Assembly: GCF_006345805.1 (NCBI RefSeq)
Contig: NW_021828098.1
Location: 1-36,961, forward strand
Length of the DNA stretch: 36,961 bases
Direction of reading: 5' to 3'
From: Octopus sinensis
Taxonomy: Eukaryota
Shown here: positions 35,956 through 36,961 of the stretch, one piece after another
Layout: each line of letters begins with the position of its first letter
How positions within the stretch are numbered: the stretch's first letter is position 1
Translations under genes and position numbers: made by a program
The notes under the pieces: generated by a model
What the model was told of the DNA's origin: nothing
Seen by the model: only the letters and a program-made list of their open reading frames with translations
The model's database searches: none

Positions 35956-36225
35956 GCCAGCTTTGACTGGTCCCCGTGCCGGTGGCACGTAAAAAGCACC
36001 ATCTGAATGTGGCCGTTTGCCAGCCTCATCTGGCACCTGTGCCAGTGGCACGTAAAAATCACCCACTACACTCACGGAGTGGTTGGCGTTAGGAAGGGCA
36101 TCCAGCTGTAGAAACACTGCCAGATCAGACTGGGCCTGGTGCAACCTTCTGGCTTCCCAGACCCCAGTTGAACCGTCCAACCCATGCCAGCATGGAAAGC
36201 AGACGTCAAACGATGATGATGATAT
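35955..36225 (+). mobile_element. Family-D retroposon
   Basis: Internal repeats, core and aaacgatgatgatg tail. Confidence 0.9.
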
Positions 36226-36424
36226 ATATATATATATACATATATACATACACACACACACACACATATTAGTATATTAGAAAGACATAATAATGAATGA
36301 AAAATTAAACATCTTTAATTGAAATTTTCCAGTGTATAACATCTTGGCATGTGTTTCTGTTATATCAGCCTCTTAGGGTACTTAGACATAATGATTCTGT
36401 GCGACTAATCAATTCATATCCTTT

Positions 36425-36850
36425 TCTACTCGAGGTGCAAGGCCTGAAATTTTGGGGAAGGGGGTCAGTCGATTAGATTGACCCAAGTACACAACTGGTA
36501 TTTAATTTAGTGATCCGGAAAGGATGTAAAGCAAAGTTGACCTTGGTGGAATTTGAACTCAAAATGTAATGACAGATGAAATACTACTAAGCATTTCACC
36601 CAGTGTGCTAACGTTTCTTATTTCTTTATTGTTCACAAGGGGCTAAACATTGAGGGGACAATCAAGACAAACAAAGGGATTAAGTCGATCACATCGATCC
36701 CAGTGCATAACTGGTACTTAATTTATCGACCCCGAAAGAATGAAAGGCAAAGTCAACCTTGACAGAATTTGAACTCGGAATGAGAAGACAGATGAAGTAT
36801 CACTAAGCATTTCACCCGGCCTGCTAACGCTTCTGCCAGCTCGCCACCTT
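36425..36850 (-). mobile_element. SINE family C, dimeric copy
   Basis: Two reverse-complement body units (~36480-36600, ~36690-36830). Confidence 0.85.
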
Positions 36851-36961
36851 ATTAAATTCAAATTGAATCAATGCCAATCCAAAGATAAATGTGAGAATCT
36901 AATTTTTGCAAGTTTTTTTTTGTTTTTTTAAGGGAACCTACTACTGCTGTTAAGGTTATGT

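Overview
AT-rich, microsatellite-saturated, essentially non-coding animal DNA (large intron or intergenic). The repeat families look like those of Octopus; this is recalled family resemblance, not a database result. No complete protein-coding gene is supported, and nearly all listed ORFs are microsatellite read-throughs. The window holds at least four tRNA-derived or SINE-like families, 3' fragments of RTE, CR1/L2 and RLE-type LINEs, a decayed mariner transposase, piggyBac-type MITEs, several long hairpins and two ~0.8-0.9 kb tandem duplications. The most interesting signals are: (1) a nearly intact type I hammerhead ribozyme inside a 136-bp near-perfect palindrome (16979-17114), plus several degenerate Penelope-type hammerhead cores; (2) a tRNA-Leu(UAA) head fused to a CR1-like LINE 3' tail and poly(A), i.e. 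a candidate new mini-SINE (two copies); (3) a polypyrimidine-CAG|GTAAGT motif at 8397 resembling a recursive splice site; (4) a nested double foldback at 9305-9890.
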